Positions 9,912-19,854 of a DNA stretch of 64,000 nt are shown piece after piece. The stretch's first letter is position 1, and each line of letters opens with the position of its first letter. This DNA comes from Lentisphaeria bacterium (GTDB taxonomy: Bacteria; Verrucomicrobiota; Lentisphaeria; JABSQK01; JAWLHB01): positions 1 through 64,000 of the forward strand of contig JAWLHB010000007.1 in assembly GCA_041690595.1 (NCBI GenBank). The letters run 5' to 3'. The notes beneath the pieces are model-generated. The model was not told the origin of the DNA. It searched no databases and saw only the letters and a list, made by a program, of their open reading frames with translations. Both the position numbers and the translations under genes were made by a program.

Positions 9912-11462
9912 TCATATCAGGACTCCCGTTTCGCTGACGATCTTCCTGATGCTCTCCATGGCGAGAAGGAGGGTCTTTTCGCAGGCGGCCCACTCGGCTT
10001 CGAGATTGTCCTGCCGCCATCGGCGCGTGTACCACTGGAGATCGCTGGTCGCTCGTTGGAGATATTCCTGGCGTACGGCGGCACGAGCCCGGCATGCCGC
10101 CAGGTACGGTTCGTCGTCGCCGCGGTAGGAGCTATCCCAGGCATGGTCGTACCAGAGCTGGGCTCTCAGGGCGACGACCAGCAGGCGGTTGGAGAGCATG
10201 ACCAGGTCCTGCGCATCGTCTGGGCGAGCGGCCAGGGTTGGATCGACCCCGAGCATCAGCTCATGCGCCCGTCGCATGTCGGCCAGGAAGCGATCGAGAC
10301 CGGTGCGTTCGTAGCAACCGAAGCGCCTGGCGGTGCTGCTGTGTCCGGCGGGATCCTTGAGCATGAGGCCGGGCAGGCAGGGAGCCCAGTCGATGTCCCG
10401 CTGGGGAAAGTAGTCCGGATTATTCTGGGCATTGAGCATCAGGCTGAGCGCCTCGCGAAAGGTCGGGTTGTCGACACCGAGGATGCAGTGGCAGAGCTCT
10501 GTCAGGAAGCGCTCCTGGCGGAGGTCCGGGTCACGGATTTTCATGAGGATAAAGAGGTCACCCAACAAGCTGACGACGTACGGGTTGATGTTGGCGTAGC
10601 TGCCCCAGTCGGTGATCAGAAAGCAGTCGGCGCCATGCTGCTCGGCCAACTCCAGCCAGCTCTCGGTATTCTTTTCCAGTCGCTGGTACGGGTTGAAGAT
10701 GTATTCCGCCATGTTGTTGCCGCAGACCCAGAGACGGTGGCCGCGACTGGCCAGAAAAGGATGCGTGGCGAAGTGACGATTGTCGCGCTCGAAGGTCTCC
10801 TGAGGGGTGCCATAGCCCCAGTTCGAGATCACCACATCGCTCGGCAACAGCTCGAGAATGCCGGGGTAATCCACGATCAGGTCCGCCCAGAAGACCAGCG
10901 TCTTGCCGCGAGACTTGAGGAAGTCGTTGAAGGTGGTCAGGTAGTTCGCGAAGACCCGCTCGATGCCCTTCTCCGCCACAAGTGCCGCACTACGGCCCTT
11001 TCCGAGGGTCCACACTTCGTCACATCCGACATGGACAAACGGCGAGTTGACGAATGGAAGGATCTCGTCCAGCCAGCTGAAGAGAGCCTCCTTCACCTCC
11101 TTGCTGTCGGCAAGGAAGTTGTTGCTCCCGGAGCCGTTCTTCGGGGGTGGCATTTCGCCAAGGTGCTGGTAGTCTGGGAGGGCCAGCAGCTTTTCCTGGT
11201 GGCCGAGGATCTGTACGATGGGGGTGAGAAGGATCTCGCGGTCTTCGCAGATGCGCCGGAGTTCGGCGAGGTACTCCCGGCTGATTGGCGTGTCGCCGCA
11301 GCCCACCGGGGTCAGGACCTCGCTTTCCACGACGCTCTCGATGTAGAGGCAGAGCATGTTCAGGCCATAGGGCTTGAGGACGTCGAGGCGATCCGCCACG
11401 GTTGCCAACCTGGGGATGCGTCCGCGGCTCACATCGAGTTGGATGGCCTTGTAATCAAACAT
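9912..11462 (-). CDS. GH20-like beta-N-acetylhexosaminidase family protein
   Basis: QLDVSRGRIP, LYIE, QILGH, HVGCDEV catalytic D-E pair, FWAD, ITDWG; ATG at 11462 (alternative TTG at 11492). Confidence 0.8.
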   Translation of the reverse strand: MFDYKAIQLDVSRGRIPRLATVADRLDVLKPYGLNMLCLYIESVVESEVLTPVGCGDTPISREYLAELRRICEDREILLTPIVQILGHQEKLLALPDYQHLGEMPPPKNGSGSNNFLADSKEVKEALFSWLDEILPFVNSPFVHVGCDEVWTLGKGRSAALVAEKGIERVFANYLTTFNDFLKSRGKTLVFWADLIVDYPGILELLPSDVVISNWGYGTPQETFERDNRHFATHPFLASRGHRLWVCGNNMAEYIFNPYQRLEKNTESWLELAEQHGADCFLITDWGSYANINPYVVSLLGDLFILMKIRDPDLRQERFLTELCHCILGVDNPTFREALSLMLNAQNNPDYFPQRDIDWAPCLPGLMLKDPAGHSSTARRFGCYERTGLDRFLADMRRAHELMLGVDPTLAARPDDAQDLVMLSNRLLVVALRAQLWYDHAWDSSYRGDDEPYLAACRARAAVRQEYLQRATSDLQWYTRRWRQDNLEAEWAACEKTLLLAMESIRKIVSETGVLI

Positions 11463-11495
11463 GGCGGTCGACTTTTCGTTGATGGGGGCCAAACC

Positions 11496-12257
11496 TCACC
11501 ATAAATAGCGGGTTGAGTTGTTCAGTTTGCGATTGGCAAACCAGTCCCAGTTGTACTGCATGATATAGTTGACCTGGTCGACATGGCCATCCATGAAGGC
11601 GAAGTTGGCATTGAGGTTGTGCGCGAACCACGTAACGCGGGGGCTGGTGGAGAGATAGTAGGTGTGCTCCATGCCAAGGTAGTTGCCGTCGAAGACGGAA
11701 AAGGTGCGGTCCGCCTCGGAGATCCTGGAGAGCCTGGAGGCCCCGCCTATGCCCTGGGGACAGATCAGTACGCAACGGTTGTAGCCGTAATTGGTGTAAT
11801 AACCGGATGGAGTGGTTTTCAGGATATTGGTGGTGGAGGGACACATGTCGACGCGGGAGAGGTCCACGGGGTTTGCATGCCACCCCAGCCTGGTGAGGCC
11901 CGAGCTGTTACCGTTGGGATCGCCCAGATAGGAGGCGAGAGCGCCATACCAGCCGCCGTCTCCATAGTCGACACCCGCCGGAGAAATCGTATCCGGATAC
12001 ATGCCGAGGCTTGGCAGGAAGCCCTCGTTGTCGTCTGTGTACAGAAAGACCGCGGCTTGGATCTGCTTGAGTTGACCCGCACAGACGATACGCCTTGCCG
12101 TTTGGCGCGCCTTGGAGAGCGCGGGCAGAAGCATACTGGCCAGAATCGCGATGATGGCCACCACGACGAGAAGCTCGATCAAGGTGAAGGGTGCCTGCCT
12201 TGCGGTCGGCTGATGCAGGTGGCGGATGGTCGCGTCACGATCTGTCTGTCTGTCCAT
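11496..12257 (-). CDS. Prepilin-type N-terminal cleavage/methylation domain protein with H-X9-DG motif (DUF1559-like)
   Basis: [29 protein letters not shown]-terminal [14 protein letters not shown]. Confidence 0.9.
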   Translation of the reverse strand: MDRQTDRDATIRHLHQPTARQAPFTLIELLVVVAIIAILASMLLPALSKARQTARRIVCAGQLKQIQAAVFLYTDDNEGFLPSLGMYPDTISPAGVDYGDGGWYGALASYLGDPNGNSSGLTRLGWHANPVDLSRVDMCPSTTNILKTTPSGYYTNYGYNRCVLICPQGIGGASRLSRISEADRTFSVFDGNYLGMEHTYYLSTSPRVTWFAHNLNANFAFMDGHVDQVNYIMQYNWDWFANRKLNNSTRYLW

Positions 12258-12285
12258 GGCGATGCTCCTCGGGCTGGGGTGGAAT

Positions 12286-13377
12286 TCAGCTTGGTGGTGA
12301 ACAGCTTTCCCGGTGTACCAGATGGCAATTGAGAATGCGGGTGATGGGGTGGGCGGCGGGGTGACGCGTCGCCTCCAGCAGGCAATCTATCGCTTCGCGG
12401 CCCAGTTGAACACGCGGGACACCGACGGTGGTCAGTGGCGGGGTGGAGGTTTCCGCTTCGACCTGGTTATTGAAACCGATGACGCTCAACTGCCCGGGAA
12501 CGGCGATGCCGAGAGCCGTGGCGGCATTGAGTATGCCGATCGCGGCGGCATCGTTTCGCGCCAGGATGGCCGTCGGCAGGTCGCGCTCTTTCATCCAGCG
12601 TAACGCGGGCTCGAAGGCCATGTGCGGCTCATCCGTGTTGACCGGCATGATATCATGCTGACGCACTTCCAGTCCACCGCAGCGCATGGCGGCCGCATAG
12701 CCCTCGTAGACCTCCAGAAGGTCATCGCTGTCGAACTCGCTGCATCCGGCATAGCCGATCCGCCGATGTCCCTGCTCGATGAGGAACTGGGTCGCCTCGA
12801 AGGCACCACGCACCTTGTTCACGGCAACACTGTGATGCGGCGGGAGCGACTCCTTGGCGTATTGGGTGTAGTTCTGGACGATGAACGGCACCTGGTGATC
12901 GATCAGCCATTGGAGAACGGGTCTGTAGGTGATGTTGATGAGGACGCACGCTTGCGCGGTGAATGGGAACTGATCCGAGAGAATGGTGGGGAGGCGCTCC
13001 ACTTCGGCCGGCATCGCCATGACCCGCATCTTCATATCGGTCGCATCCAGTGCCTGAGTGTGCCCCTGCAGGTAGTCGGACCGCACAAAAGTGGGAAGCG
13101 TCCCGGTGGCCCGCTCCAGAACATTCACGCAGCGCAGGGCGGATACAGTCGTATCGCCATTATCCCCGGAGGCGAGGCGAACAAAGGTCCCGCTGCGCTC
13201 GCGCCGATAGAGAAGTCCCTCATTCACCAGGATGTCGACCGCGTTTCTGGCTACGCGAAGACCGGTTTCATGTTGCCGGGCAAGCTCTCGAAGCGACGGA
13301 AATGGCTCCGACGCCGAGTGCCGCCCTTCGAGGAGGTCATGTCGCAGCTGGTTGGCAAGTTGGCGGGAATCGTTCAT
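12286..13377 (-). CDS. GntR-type HTH plus LacI-type substrate-binding domain transcriptional regulator
   Basis: FPSLRELAR...[47 protein letters not shown] at 13377. Confidence 0.88.
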   Translation of the reverse strand: MNDSRQLANQLRHDLLEGRHSASEPFPSLRELARQHETGLRVARNAVDILVNEGLLYRRERSGTFVRLASGDNGDTTVSALRCVNVLERATGTLPTFVRSDYLQGHTQALDATDMKMRVMAMPAEVERLPTILSDQFPFTAQACVLINITYRPVLQWLIDHQVPFIVQNYTQYAKESLPPHHSVAVNKVRGAFEATQFLIEQGHRRIGYAGCSEFDSDDLLEVYEGYAAAMRCGGLEVRQHDIMPVNTDEPHMAFEPALRWMKERDLPTAILARNDAAAIGILNAATALGIAVPGQLSVIGFNNQVEAETSTPPLTTVGVPRVQLGREAIDCLLEATRHPAAHPITRILNCHLVHRESCSPPS

Positions 13378-13407
13378 TGCCGCGATACGGAGAGAGGTTG
13401 CGAAAAT

Positions 13408-13446
13408 CTGTGTCACACACAGTGACAGGAGAAGTTACACTGTGAC
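13408..13446. promoter_or_regulatory. Putative operator sites (TGTCAC-N5-GTGACA at 13411-13427; GTTACACTGTGAC at 13434-13446)
   Basis: Inverted repeats between the predicted promoter and the regulator start; same half-site as 9892-9904. Confidence 0.6.
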
Positions 13447-13453
13447 CTTTGAT

Positions 13454-13482
13454 AGTGTAGCCAAGCTGCCGTGCCATGTCAA
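13454..13482 (-). promoter_or_regulatory. Sigma70-type promoter TTGACA-N17-TACACT
   Basis: Minus strand -35 at 13477-13482, -10 at 13454-13459, 17-bp spacer, upstream of the regulator-led operon. Confidence 0.7.
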
Positions 13483-13505
13483 GAGGCAGTCTGGTAGATT
13501 TTGTT

Positions 13506-14849
13506 TCATGACGTTGCCTGTCGCTGCCGCAATTGCCGGGTCAGATCGGCGACTATGCCCGCCAGGTTCGGATTGTCGATGAGGTTGTTGTGTTCACCCG
13601 GATCCGCCTGCACGTCGTAAAGCTCGTTTTTGGCCCAGTCGATGTGGTTGAGCTTCCAGCGCCCGGTTCGGATCATCCGAATCGGCGGCTTGCCGACGTA
13701 GCGGTTATCCTTTGTGAAAACATGATGGCAGAAGTCATACTGGGCAAACACAGACTCGCGGGCACTCACCGATTCGCCCCTGAGCACGGTGGCAAAGCTG
13801 CGTCCATGGATCTCCGGTGGCGCCGGAAGGCCGCAGAACTCAGCCAGAGTGGGGTAGATATCGACGTGCTCCACCATCGCCGACCGCACCGCCGCGCCGG
13901 CAGCGTCGCCGGGCAGAGCGACCAACAATGGAACCCGCACCGATTCGTCGTACATGTTGTGCTTGGTCCACATCCGGTGAGCGCCGGCCATTTCTCCGTG
14001 ATCGCTGGTGTAGACAACGATGGTCTCCCGCTCCAGCCCCGTTTCACGCAGTGCATCCAGTACGCGTCCCACGCAGGCATCCATCTGGCTGACATTGCCG
14101 TAATAGCCGGCCAGGCTGCGCCTCAGATCGTTTTCGGGCTGGTCATACCAGCCTCGCTCCTTTGCCCGAATCCGGTGCCCCTCGAAGCCGTCGTTCAGCG
14201 CATCCTCCCGTCGTTCCGGGAGGACCAGCGTTGCCGGATCGTACAGGTTGAAGTACTTCCGCATGGGGCTGAGCGGGGTGTGAGGCTGGAGGAAGGATGA
14301 CCACAACAGAAAAGGCCTATCCATGTCCCGGGCTTCCCGAAGGAACCGGATCGTCTCGTCGACCATGTAGTCGTCCTGCCAGAGCTCCTCCGCGATGTCT
14401 ACCGGTACGCCCTTGACGCCGCCGCCGTCTTTGAATGCCTCCTTCAGGATCGCCAGGTCCTCCTGGCTCAGCGACGCCCGGAAGTCGTCTTCCTTGACCC
14501 GGTACTGGAAGCCGTGCCGGCGGGATTCGTCGACGAAGTGCATGCGTCCAATGGCCGCGGTCTGGTAGCCGCCTTCGGCAAAGTGGTGGGCCACGGTCCG
14601 CACAGTATCGGACAGGGCATCGCAAAGCAGGCGGGCGCCGTGCGCATGCGGGTAGAGACCGCTGATCAGCGAACCGCGAGCCGCCACGCAGACGGGGGCC
14701 TGACAGAAGGCATTTTCGAATCGCTGCGCCCGGCCGGCCAGGCGGTCGAGATTGGGCGTCTGCACGTCCGGGTGTCCCGCGCAGCTCATGGCGCGCGCGG
14801 CGTGCTGGTCGGACATGAGGAACAGGACATTGGGCCGATCGCAACTCAT
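13506..14849 (-). CDS. Sulfatase (S1, choline-sulfatase-like)
   Basis: RPNVLFLMSDQH, CVAARGSLISG (CxxxR), YTSDHGEM, KHNMYDESVRVPL. Confidence 0.9.
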   Translation of the reverse strand: MSCDRPNVLFLMSDQHAARAMSCAGHPDVQTPNLDRLAGRAQRFENAFCQAPVCVAARGSLISGLYPHAHGARLLCDALSDTVRTVAHHFAEGGYQTAAIGRMHFVDESRRHGFQYRVKEDDFRASLSQEDLAILKEAFKDGGGVKGVPVDIAEELWQDDYMVDETIRFLREARDMDRPFLLWSSFLQPHTPLSPMRKYFNLYDPATLVLPERREDALNDGFEGHRIRAKERGWYDQPENDLRRSLAGYYGNVSQMDACVGRVLDALRETGLERETIVVYTSDHGEMAGAHRMWTKHNMYDESVRVPLLVALPGDAAGAAVRSAMVEHVDIYPTLAEFCGLPAPPEIHGRSFATVLRGESVSARESVFAQYDFCHHVFTKDNRYVGKPPIRMIRTGRWKLNHIDWAKNELYDVQADPGEHNNLIDNPNLAGIVADLTRQLRQRQATS

Positions 14850-14944
14850 GATCATCTGGTATCCTGGAATGCGCTGAACTCAACTCTGTCGATAGGATAG
14901 CCGCTCAAGTCCCGGAAGTCGAACGAGCTGCCGGCGGCTTTGGC

Positions 14945-15799
14945 TCAGGGCGAGTCGGTCACGTCGAAGGAGGCGCGAAGGGGATGCGTCTGGTTGACCT
15001 TGTACCAGCCGACGCAAGCGGGCGGTTCTTCGTCAGGCGGAATGCCCAGGCCGGTCGACGGTACGCCGAGCAGGTAAGTGGTACCGGCCGGCAAGGTCTC
15101 GGTCAGGCAACGGCCGGCGGCGACGTTGGCGATTTCCGCCAGCGTATCGTTCCGCGTCGCCTCATCGACGTCGCTCTCTTCCAGGTCGTGGAGAAGGGCG
15201 GAAAAGGTGCTGACCATGGCCGGCGGGCAGGCGATCATGAAGCTGGCGCCCGCGGGGACACGAATCCGCACCCGCGCCCAGAGCCAATCCTCTATCGCGG
15301 GTGGGATCTCCTCTTCAGGGCAGCGCTGTACCTCGCCGAAGACCATCTCCTCGAAGGTACTGGCGATCGACTCGTCGAGCGCCTCAAGGAAACGGCCGGG
15401 AACCAGGTCGGTGCCGAGTCGTTGCCAGATGCCCCAGACGCGTTCCAGGGCCTCGGCCATGATGCCGGGATTGACCGGTTTGGCAATCTGGATGCAGGAC
15501 TCCATGGCGCCCAGCTCCTTGTCGATGCCGGGATTGGCGAGGCTGGTTACCACGATGGTGGGGATGGCGATCAGCCGCGGGCTGGCAGCCATGCGGCTGA
15601 GCACCTCGCGGCCATCCATGTCGGGCATCACCAGGTCAGTGACGAAGAGATCCGTACGCTGCTCCTTGAGGAGGACCAGCGCTTCCTGGCCGTTGGCGGC
15701 TTCGACGAAGGTGGCATCGCCACAGCCGGCTATCTCCAGGCAGCGTCGCACGATGGCGCGGGCAGTCTTGGAGTCATCTGCTAGAACGATACGTTTCAT
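14945..15799 (-). CDS. Response regulator receiver fused to CheX/CheC-like phosphatase domain
   Basis: MKRIVLADDS, TDLVMPDMDG, KPV receiver motifs; C-terminal DTLAEIANVAAG (ExxN); ATG at 15799. Confidence 0.75.
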   Translation of the reverse strand: MKRIVLADDSKTARAIVRRCLEIAGCGDATFVEAANGQEALVLLKEQRTDLFVTDLVMPDMDGREVLSRMAASPRLIAIPTIVVTSLANPGIDKELGAMESCIQIAKPVNPGIMAEALERVWGIWQRLGTDLVPGRFLEALDESIASTFEEMVFGEVQRCPEEEIPPAIEDWLWARVRIRVPAGASFMIACPPAMVSTFSALLHDLEESDVDEATRNDTLAEIANVAAGRCLTETLPAGTTYLLGVPSTGLGIPPDEEPPACVGWYKVNQTHPLRASFDVTDSP

Positions 15800-15905
15800 G
15801 ATGGGATGCCGAAACAAGTGGGTGAATGGCTGTCGATTCCGGCGACCTGCTCCCAACTATGCGCTCTTTTTCTCTTATCCACAAGTGCCGCTGCCTCCTC
15901 TGGCG

Positions 15906-16391
15906 CTAAATTTCCCATGTTCCCTGACTGGGTGACGAGATGATGACGCGTCCCGCGCCGGCGATCACGCGAACGCTCCGGCTATAGCCTTCGCCCACAT
16001 CTTCCGCGAGGGGCCCCATACCGTGGCGCCACAACGCCTTCTTGATCTCCAGAACATTGCGCTTGCCGATGTTGAAGAGCTGGTCGGGATCCATGATGTT
16101 GGCGCCTCCCACCAGCTTGACGGTGATGCGTCGCAGCAGCGGCGCGCCTGCCTTGGCCATCTGCGCGATCAGGGCATCCACGGCAGGGCCGGCAAAGTAG
16201 CCGGGAAGCGTACGTGCCCGTCCCGGATCTGTGCTTGCATCCGGCAGGGCGACATGTGCCATGCCGATGGTCTGACCCTGATGCGCCAGCATGATCACGG
16301 CCACGCACGAGCCGAGGCCCAGTGTTGCCAGCTCGTCGCCGCGCGTCTTGGTGACCGCCAGCTCGCCCACGCCAAGGGTGATTCGGCTCAT
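15906..16391 (-). CDS. cheD: Chemoreceptor glutamine deamidase CheD
   Basis: TLGLGSCVAV, GMAHVALP, KLVGGA, NIGKRN, AEDVG. Confidence 0.92.
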   Translation of the reverse strand: MSRITLGVGELAVTKTRGDELATLGLGSCVAVIMLAHQGQTIGMAHVALPDASTDPGRARTLPGYFAGPAVDALIAQMAKAGAPLLRRITVKLVGGANIMDPDQLFNIGKRNVLEIKKALWRHGMGPLAEDVGEGYSRSVRVIAGAGRVIISSPSQGTWEI

Positions 16392-17437
16392 GGTACCAGT
16401 CCCCCAAGGAGGTCGAGCAGTCGGTCGGCGATCTCATCCAGAGGCACCAGCATTTCGGCCGCCCCGCTGCGCCAGGCTTCGCCGGGCATGCCGAAGACGA
16501 CGGAGGTCGCCTCATCCTGGGCGAGGGTCCGTCCGCCTGCCTGGCGCACCGCCTGCAGACCGGCCGCGCCGTCCTTTCCCATCCCTGTCAGGATGGCGGC
16601 GACAACGCGGCAGCCAACGTGTTGGGCCAGAGAGAAGAGCATCGCATCGACGGACGGGCAATGACCGCTGACTGGACCTTCTGGGCGAACATCCGCATGG
16701 AAGGTGTTGCCGAGGCGCACGATGCGCAATTGCCGCTCGCCGGGAGCGACCAGCGCCAGCCCTTCCGTCAGGCAGTCTCCGTGCGCAGCTTCCTTGACAC
16801 GCATAGGGCAGATCTGGTCCAGCCGTTCCGCGAACTTGGCGGTGAATCCCGCCGGCATATGCTGCACGATCACGACAGCGGGGCCGTCCGCCGGCATGGC
16901 TTCCATGATGCGCCGGATCGCCTCCGTGCCACCGGTGGAAGCGCCGATAGCCAGGATGCGGGTCGCCGCGTGGGCTCTGTTGGGGCGGGCACCCGCCGAG
17001 ACGGTCGCCGGGCTGTGCCGCCAGTGGGAGACGTTGGCAGTCGAGGCAATCTTGATCTTTGTCCGCAGCTCCCGGAGCATTGCCTCCTGCTCGGCATCGC
17101 CTCCGCCGATGGGTTTTGCGACGATATCCAGAGCGCCGGCTTCGAGCGCTTCGAGGGCCAACTCCTGGCTGGCGGCATTCATGGCACTGACCATGATCAC
17201 GGGCAGGGGATATTGCGGCATCAGCCGGCGCAGAAAGGCGATGCCGTCCATGCGGGGCATCTCGACGTCCAGGGTCATCACCTGGGGTCTCAGCTGCACG
17301 ATCTTGTCGCGCGCGCCATAGGCATCCTCGGCTACCCCGACCACGTCGATCCGGGGATCGCTGGCCAGACCCTGCGCCAGAAAGCGGCGCGCCGAGGGCG
17401 AGTTGTCCACAATCAGCACTCGGATCGGCGTTGTCAT
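16388..17437 (-). CDS. cheB: Chemotaxis response regulator protein-glutamate methylesterase CheB
   Basis: Receiver LDVEMPRMDG plus IGASTGG, VQHMP, LTGMGKDGA, AQDEATSVVFGMP; ATG at 17437 overlaps the cheR stop. Confidence 0.95.
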   Translation of the reverse strand: MTTPIRVLIVDNSPSARRFLAQGLASDPRIDVVGVAEDAYGARDKIVQLRPQVMTLDVEMPRMDGIAFLRRLMPQYPLPVIMVSAMNAASQELALEALEAGALDIVAKPIGGGDAEQEAMLRELRTKIKIASTANVSHWRHSPATVSAGARPNRAHAATRILAIGASTGGTEAIRRIMEAMPADGPAVVIVQHMPAGFTAKFAERLDQICPMRVKEAAHGDCLTEGLALVAPGERQLRIVRLGNTFHADVRPEGPVSGHCPSVDAMLFSLAQHVGCRVVAAILTGMGKDGAAGLQAVRQAGGRTLAQDEATSVVFGMPGEAWRSGAAEMLVPLDEIADRLLDLLGGLVP

Positions 17438-18273
17438 GTGACCTGCCTCCGGTACACGCCCGGCTGCACGAAGTCGACGGGGCAGTCCAGTTGGTGCAGC
17501 GTCTCGGAATGGCCGATGAAGAGATAGCCGCCGGGTCGCAGCGCCAAGCTGAGGCAACGGGCTGTCCGTTCCCGGATTTCGGCATCGAAGTAGATCATCA
17601 CATTTCGGCAGAAGATGACATCGAAAGGCTTGCGGAAGGGCAGGCGTCCGGTAAGCAGGTTGAAGCGGCGAAAGAGGACATCGCGGCGTACCGCCTCCAC
17701 GACCTGCCAGCTGTCCTCACCTCGGCGCTCGACATAGAGTTGCCGCAGGTGCTCCGGAAGATGACGCAGCCGCTCGCCCGCGTAGATGCCCCGCCTGGCC
17801 CGTTCCAGGACATTGGCCGCCAGATCCGTCGCCAGCACGCCGCCATCCCAGAGCGAATACTCGCGACCGAAGTACTCGTGCAGCAGCATGTCGAGGGTGT
17901 AGGCTTCTTCGCCGGTGGCGCAGCCCGCGCACCAGATGCGCAGATCGCGGCTGTTGGCGCGCCGGGCGGCGCTGGCGCACTCGGGCAGAACCTTCTGAGC
18001 AAAGAAGTCGAAGTGCGCTTTCTCGCGATAGAAGAAGGTGTGGTGGGTGGTGATGCGGTTTGCCAGCTCCGCCAGGGCGGACCCAGTGGCATCGTCGCGC
18101 ACATGCGCGCAATAATCCTCGAAGCTCGAGAAGCCCAACTGCGCGACCAGTTTGCGCAGGCGTCCGACGATCAATGCCTGCTTCTGCGGGCTAAGGTAGA
18201 TGCCGAACTGCTGGTGGATCAGCGACGCGATCATGGAAAATTCGCGATCGCTCAATTCCATGGGGGTATTCAT
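17434..18273 (-). CDS. cheR: Protein-glutamate O-methyltransferase CheR
   Basis: TTHHTFFYRE, RIWCAGCATGEEAY, FDVIFCRNVMIYF, LFIGHSETL; ATG at 18273. Confidence 0.95.
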   Translation of the reverse strand: MNTPMELSDREFSMIASLIHQQFGIYLSPQKQALIVGRLRKLVAQLGFSSFEDYCAHVRDDATGSALAELANRITTHHTFFYREKAHFDFFAQKVLPECASAARRANSRDLRIWCAGCATGEEAYTLDMLLHEYFGREYSLWDGGVLATDLAANVLERARRGIYAGERLRHLPEHLRQLYVERRGEDSWQVVEAVRRDVLFRRFNLLTGRLPFRKPFDVIFCRNVMIYFDAEIRERTARCLSLALRPGGYLFIGHSETLHQLDCPVDFVQPGVYRRQVT

Positions 18274-18803
18274 GGCTCGGCGCCTCCCGCGACCGGCATT
18301 GCCAGCGCCGGATACCAATGCGCCTCCTCCACGTCATCGAGCCTGGCGATCACCACATCGCCACTGGTCGAGCAGAAAATGACCTTGCGCCCGCGCTTTC
18401 CGCCCACCTCCCGCCCCGCGACGGAAATCCCCAGGCCCGCCAGCACTTCCACGCCCACCTCCACATTGCGCTCGGCCAGACCCTCGACATAGCGCGAGCA
18501 GCGTGGATTGACGCCGCCGCCATAGAGGTGCGCTTCCAGTTCTTCCAGCCGCGAACCGGATCGCCGGAACATCTCCGCCAAGCAGAGAATGGAAGGCGCC
18601 GCGAAGACCGCCGTCGACAAGCCATCCCGCCGGCAGGGCTCCGCATAGTGGCAGAGCCCGCCCCGCCGCTGTTCACCATCGTAAAGTGAAACCACCACGC
18701 CGGAGGTCACGATCGCCGCCAGCATCGTCGGCCGAGACGGGACCAGAACAAAGCCCGGCTCAACGTACCAGGTTCGCGATAGCTCGTCATTCATGCTGTG
18801 CAT
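18270..18803 (-). CDS. CheD-like protein lacking the catalytic Cys
   Basis: CheD layout (PG, VSLYD, GGLCHY, LYGGG, RNV, EVGGKRGRKVIF) but VTSGV where LGSCV is expected. Confidence 0.75.
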   Translation of the reverse strand: MHSMNDELSRTWYVEPGFVLVPSRPTMLAAIVTSGVVVSLYDGEQRRGGLCHYAEPCRRDGLSTAVFAAPSILCLAEMFRRSGSRLEELEAHLYGGGVNPRCSRYVEGLAERNVEVGVEVLAGLGISVAGREVGGKRGRKVIFCSTSGDVVIARLDDVEEAHWYPALAMPVAGGAEP

Positions 18804-19013
18804 CGAACCTCACTTCCAGATGAAAGCTGCCCCGTATCTGCGCGTAACCTATCACCGGATCCGGCACTTCTCCAGTGATGACATGTCGACGCGGCACGAG
18901 TTCCTGAAGATGGTTTGAAATCCACTGGGAAAATCTTCTGATTGATACTATAATGAAGCATTGGCGGCGCTGATGTCAGTGACCACCAGATTCCGCAATC
19001 ATGGAGAACCATC

Positions 19014-19793
19014 ATGAGTCGACGAGTTGTCCTACGCTTCACGCTGATAGAACTCTTGGTCGTTGTGGCAATAATTGCCGTGCTCGCGTCGATGCTGCTG
19101 CCCGCGCTCAGCAAAGCGCGAAGCAAGGCCAAAATTGCCAGTTGCAGCGGTAATCTCAAGCAGGTTGCCATGAACCACCTCTTCTATGCGGGCGAATGGG
19201 ATGGCTGGTTCCCCAAGACCCACTGGACGACCATGGCTCACATCCTTCTCGACGACGAATCCGACCCCCTTGGCAGCGCCTGGTTCGGCGAGTGGGACAT
19301 CTACAAGTGCCCCAGTCACGAGTACATGGGGACGCATGCGGCCTATGATGTTGGCGGCAGGAATGTTTTCGGGCGATCAACCAGCTATCGCTTCCTGGCC
19401 ACCCGCGGCAATCGCACCAGCAGCCCCTTCTACAATATCTGGTGGGACTCCTTTCCGGCCGCAGCTAACAATTTCACGCTCCGGCACCCGGTCCCCAGCC
19501 TCAAACACCTCGAGTGGACAGGCACCACCCCGTATGGCTCCGGTTTCAGAACCATCTATACCTATGGCGCCGAAACCCAGCCTCTTGCCGTTGACGGCAT
19601 GAACACCACGCCCGGTTTTGACTCTTGGATAACTTATACGACCTCCCTTGGCTCCTATACCCGGAACAACCACAACGGCAGTTTCGGCATGAATGTCGTC
19701 TTCATCGATGGCCATCTTCAGTGGGGCAAGCTCTATTCGGATCCCCCTCGCGGTGCCTTTTACAGCGGCGGCCACATGTACTTCGCCGACTGA
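19014..19793 (+). CDS. Prepilin-type N-terminal cleavage/methylation domain protein (DUF1559-like)
   Basis: [26 protein letters not shown]-terminal [16 protein letters not shown]. Confidence 0.9.
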   Translation: MSRRVVLRFTLIELLVVVAIIAVLASMLLPALSKARSKAKIASCSGNLKQVAMNHLFYAGEWDGWFPKTHWTTMAHILLDDESDPLGSAWFGEWDIYKCPSHEYMGTHAAYDVGGRNVFGRSTSYRFLATRGNRTSSPFYNIWWDSFPAAANNFTLRHPVPSLKHLEWTGTTPYGSGFRTIYTYGAETQPLAVDGMNTTPGFDSWITYTTSLGSYTRNNHNGSFGMNVVFIDGHLQWGKLYSDPPRGAFYSGGHMYFAD

Positions 19794-19854
19794 CTTGGCA
19801 GCCGTGCCGGCGTCGGTATCGAGGCGGCACGACCGCAAGCTGAGGGTTTGGGGA

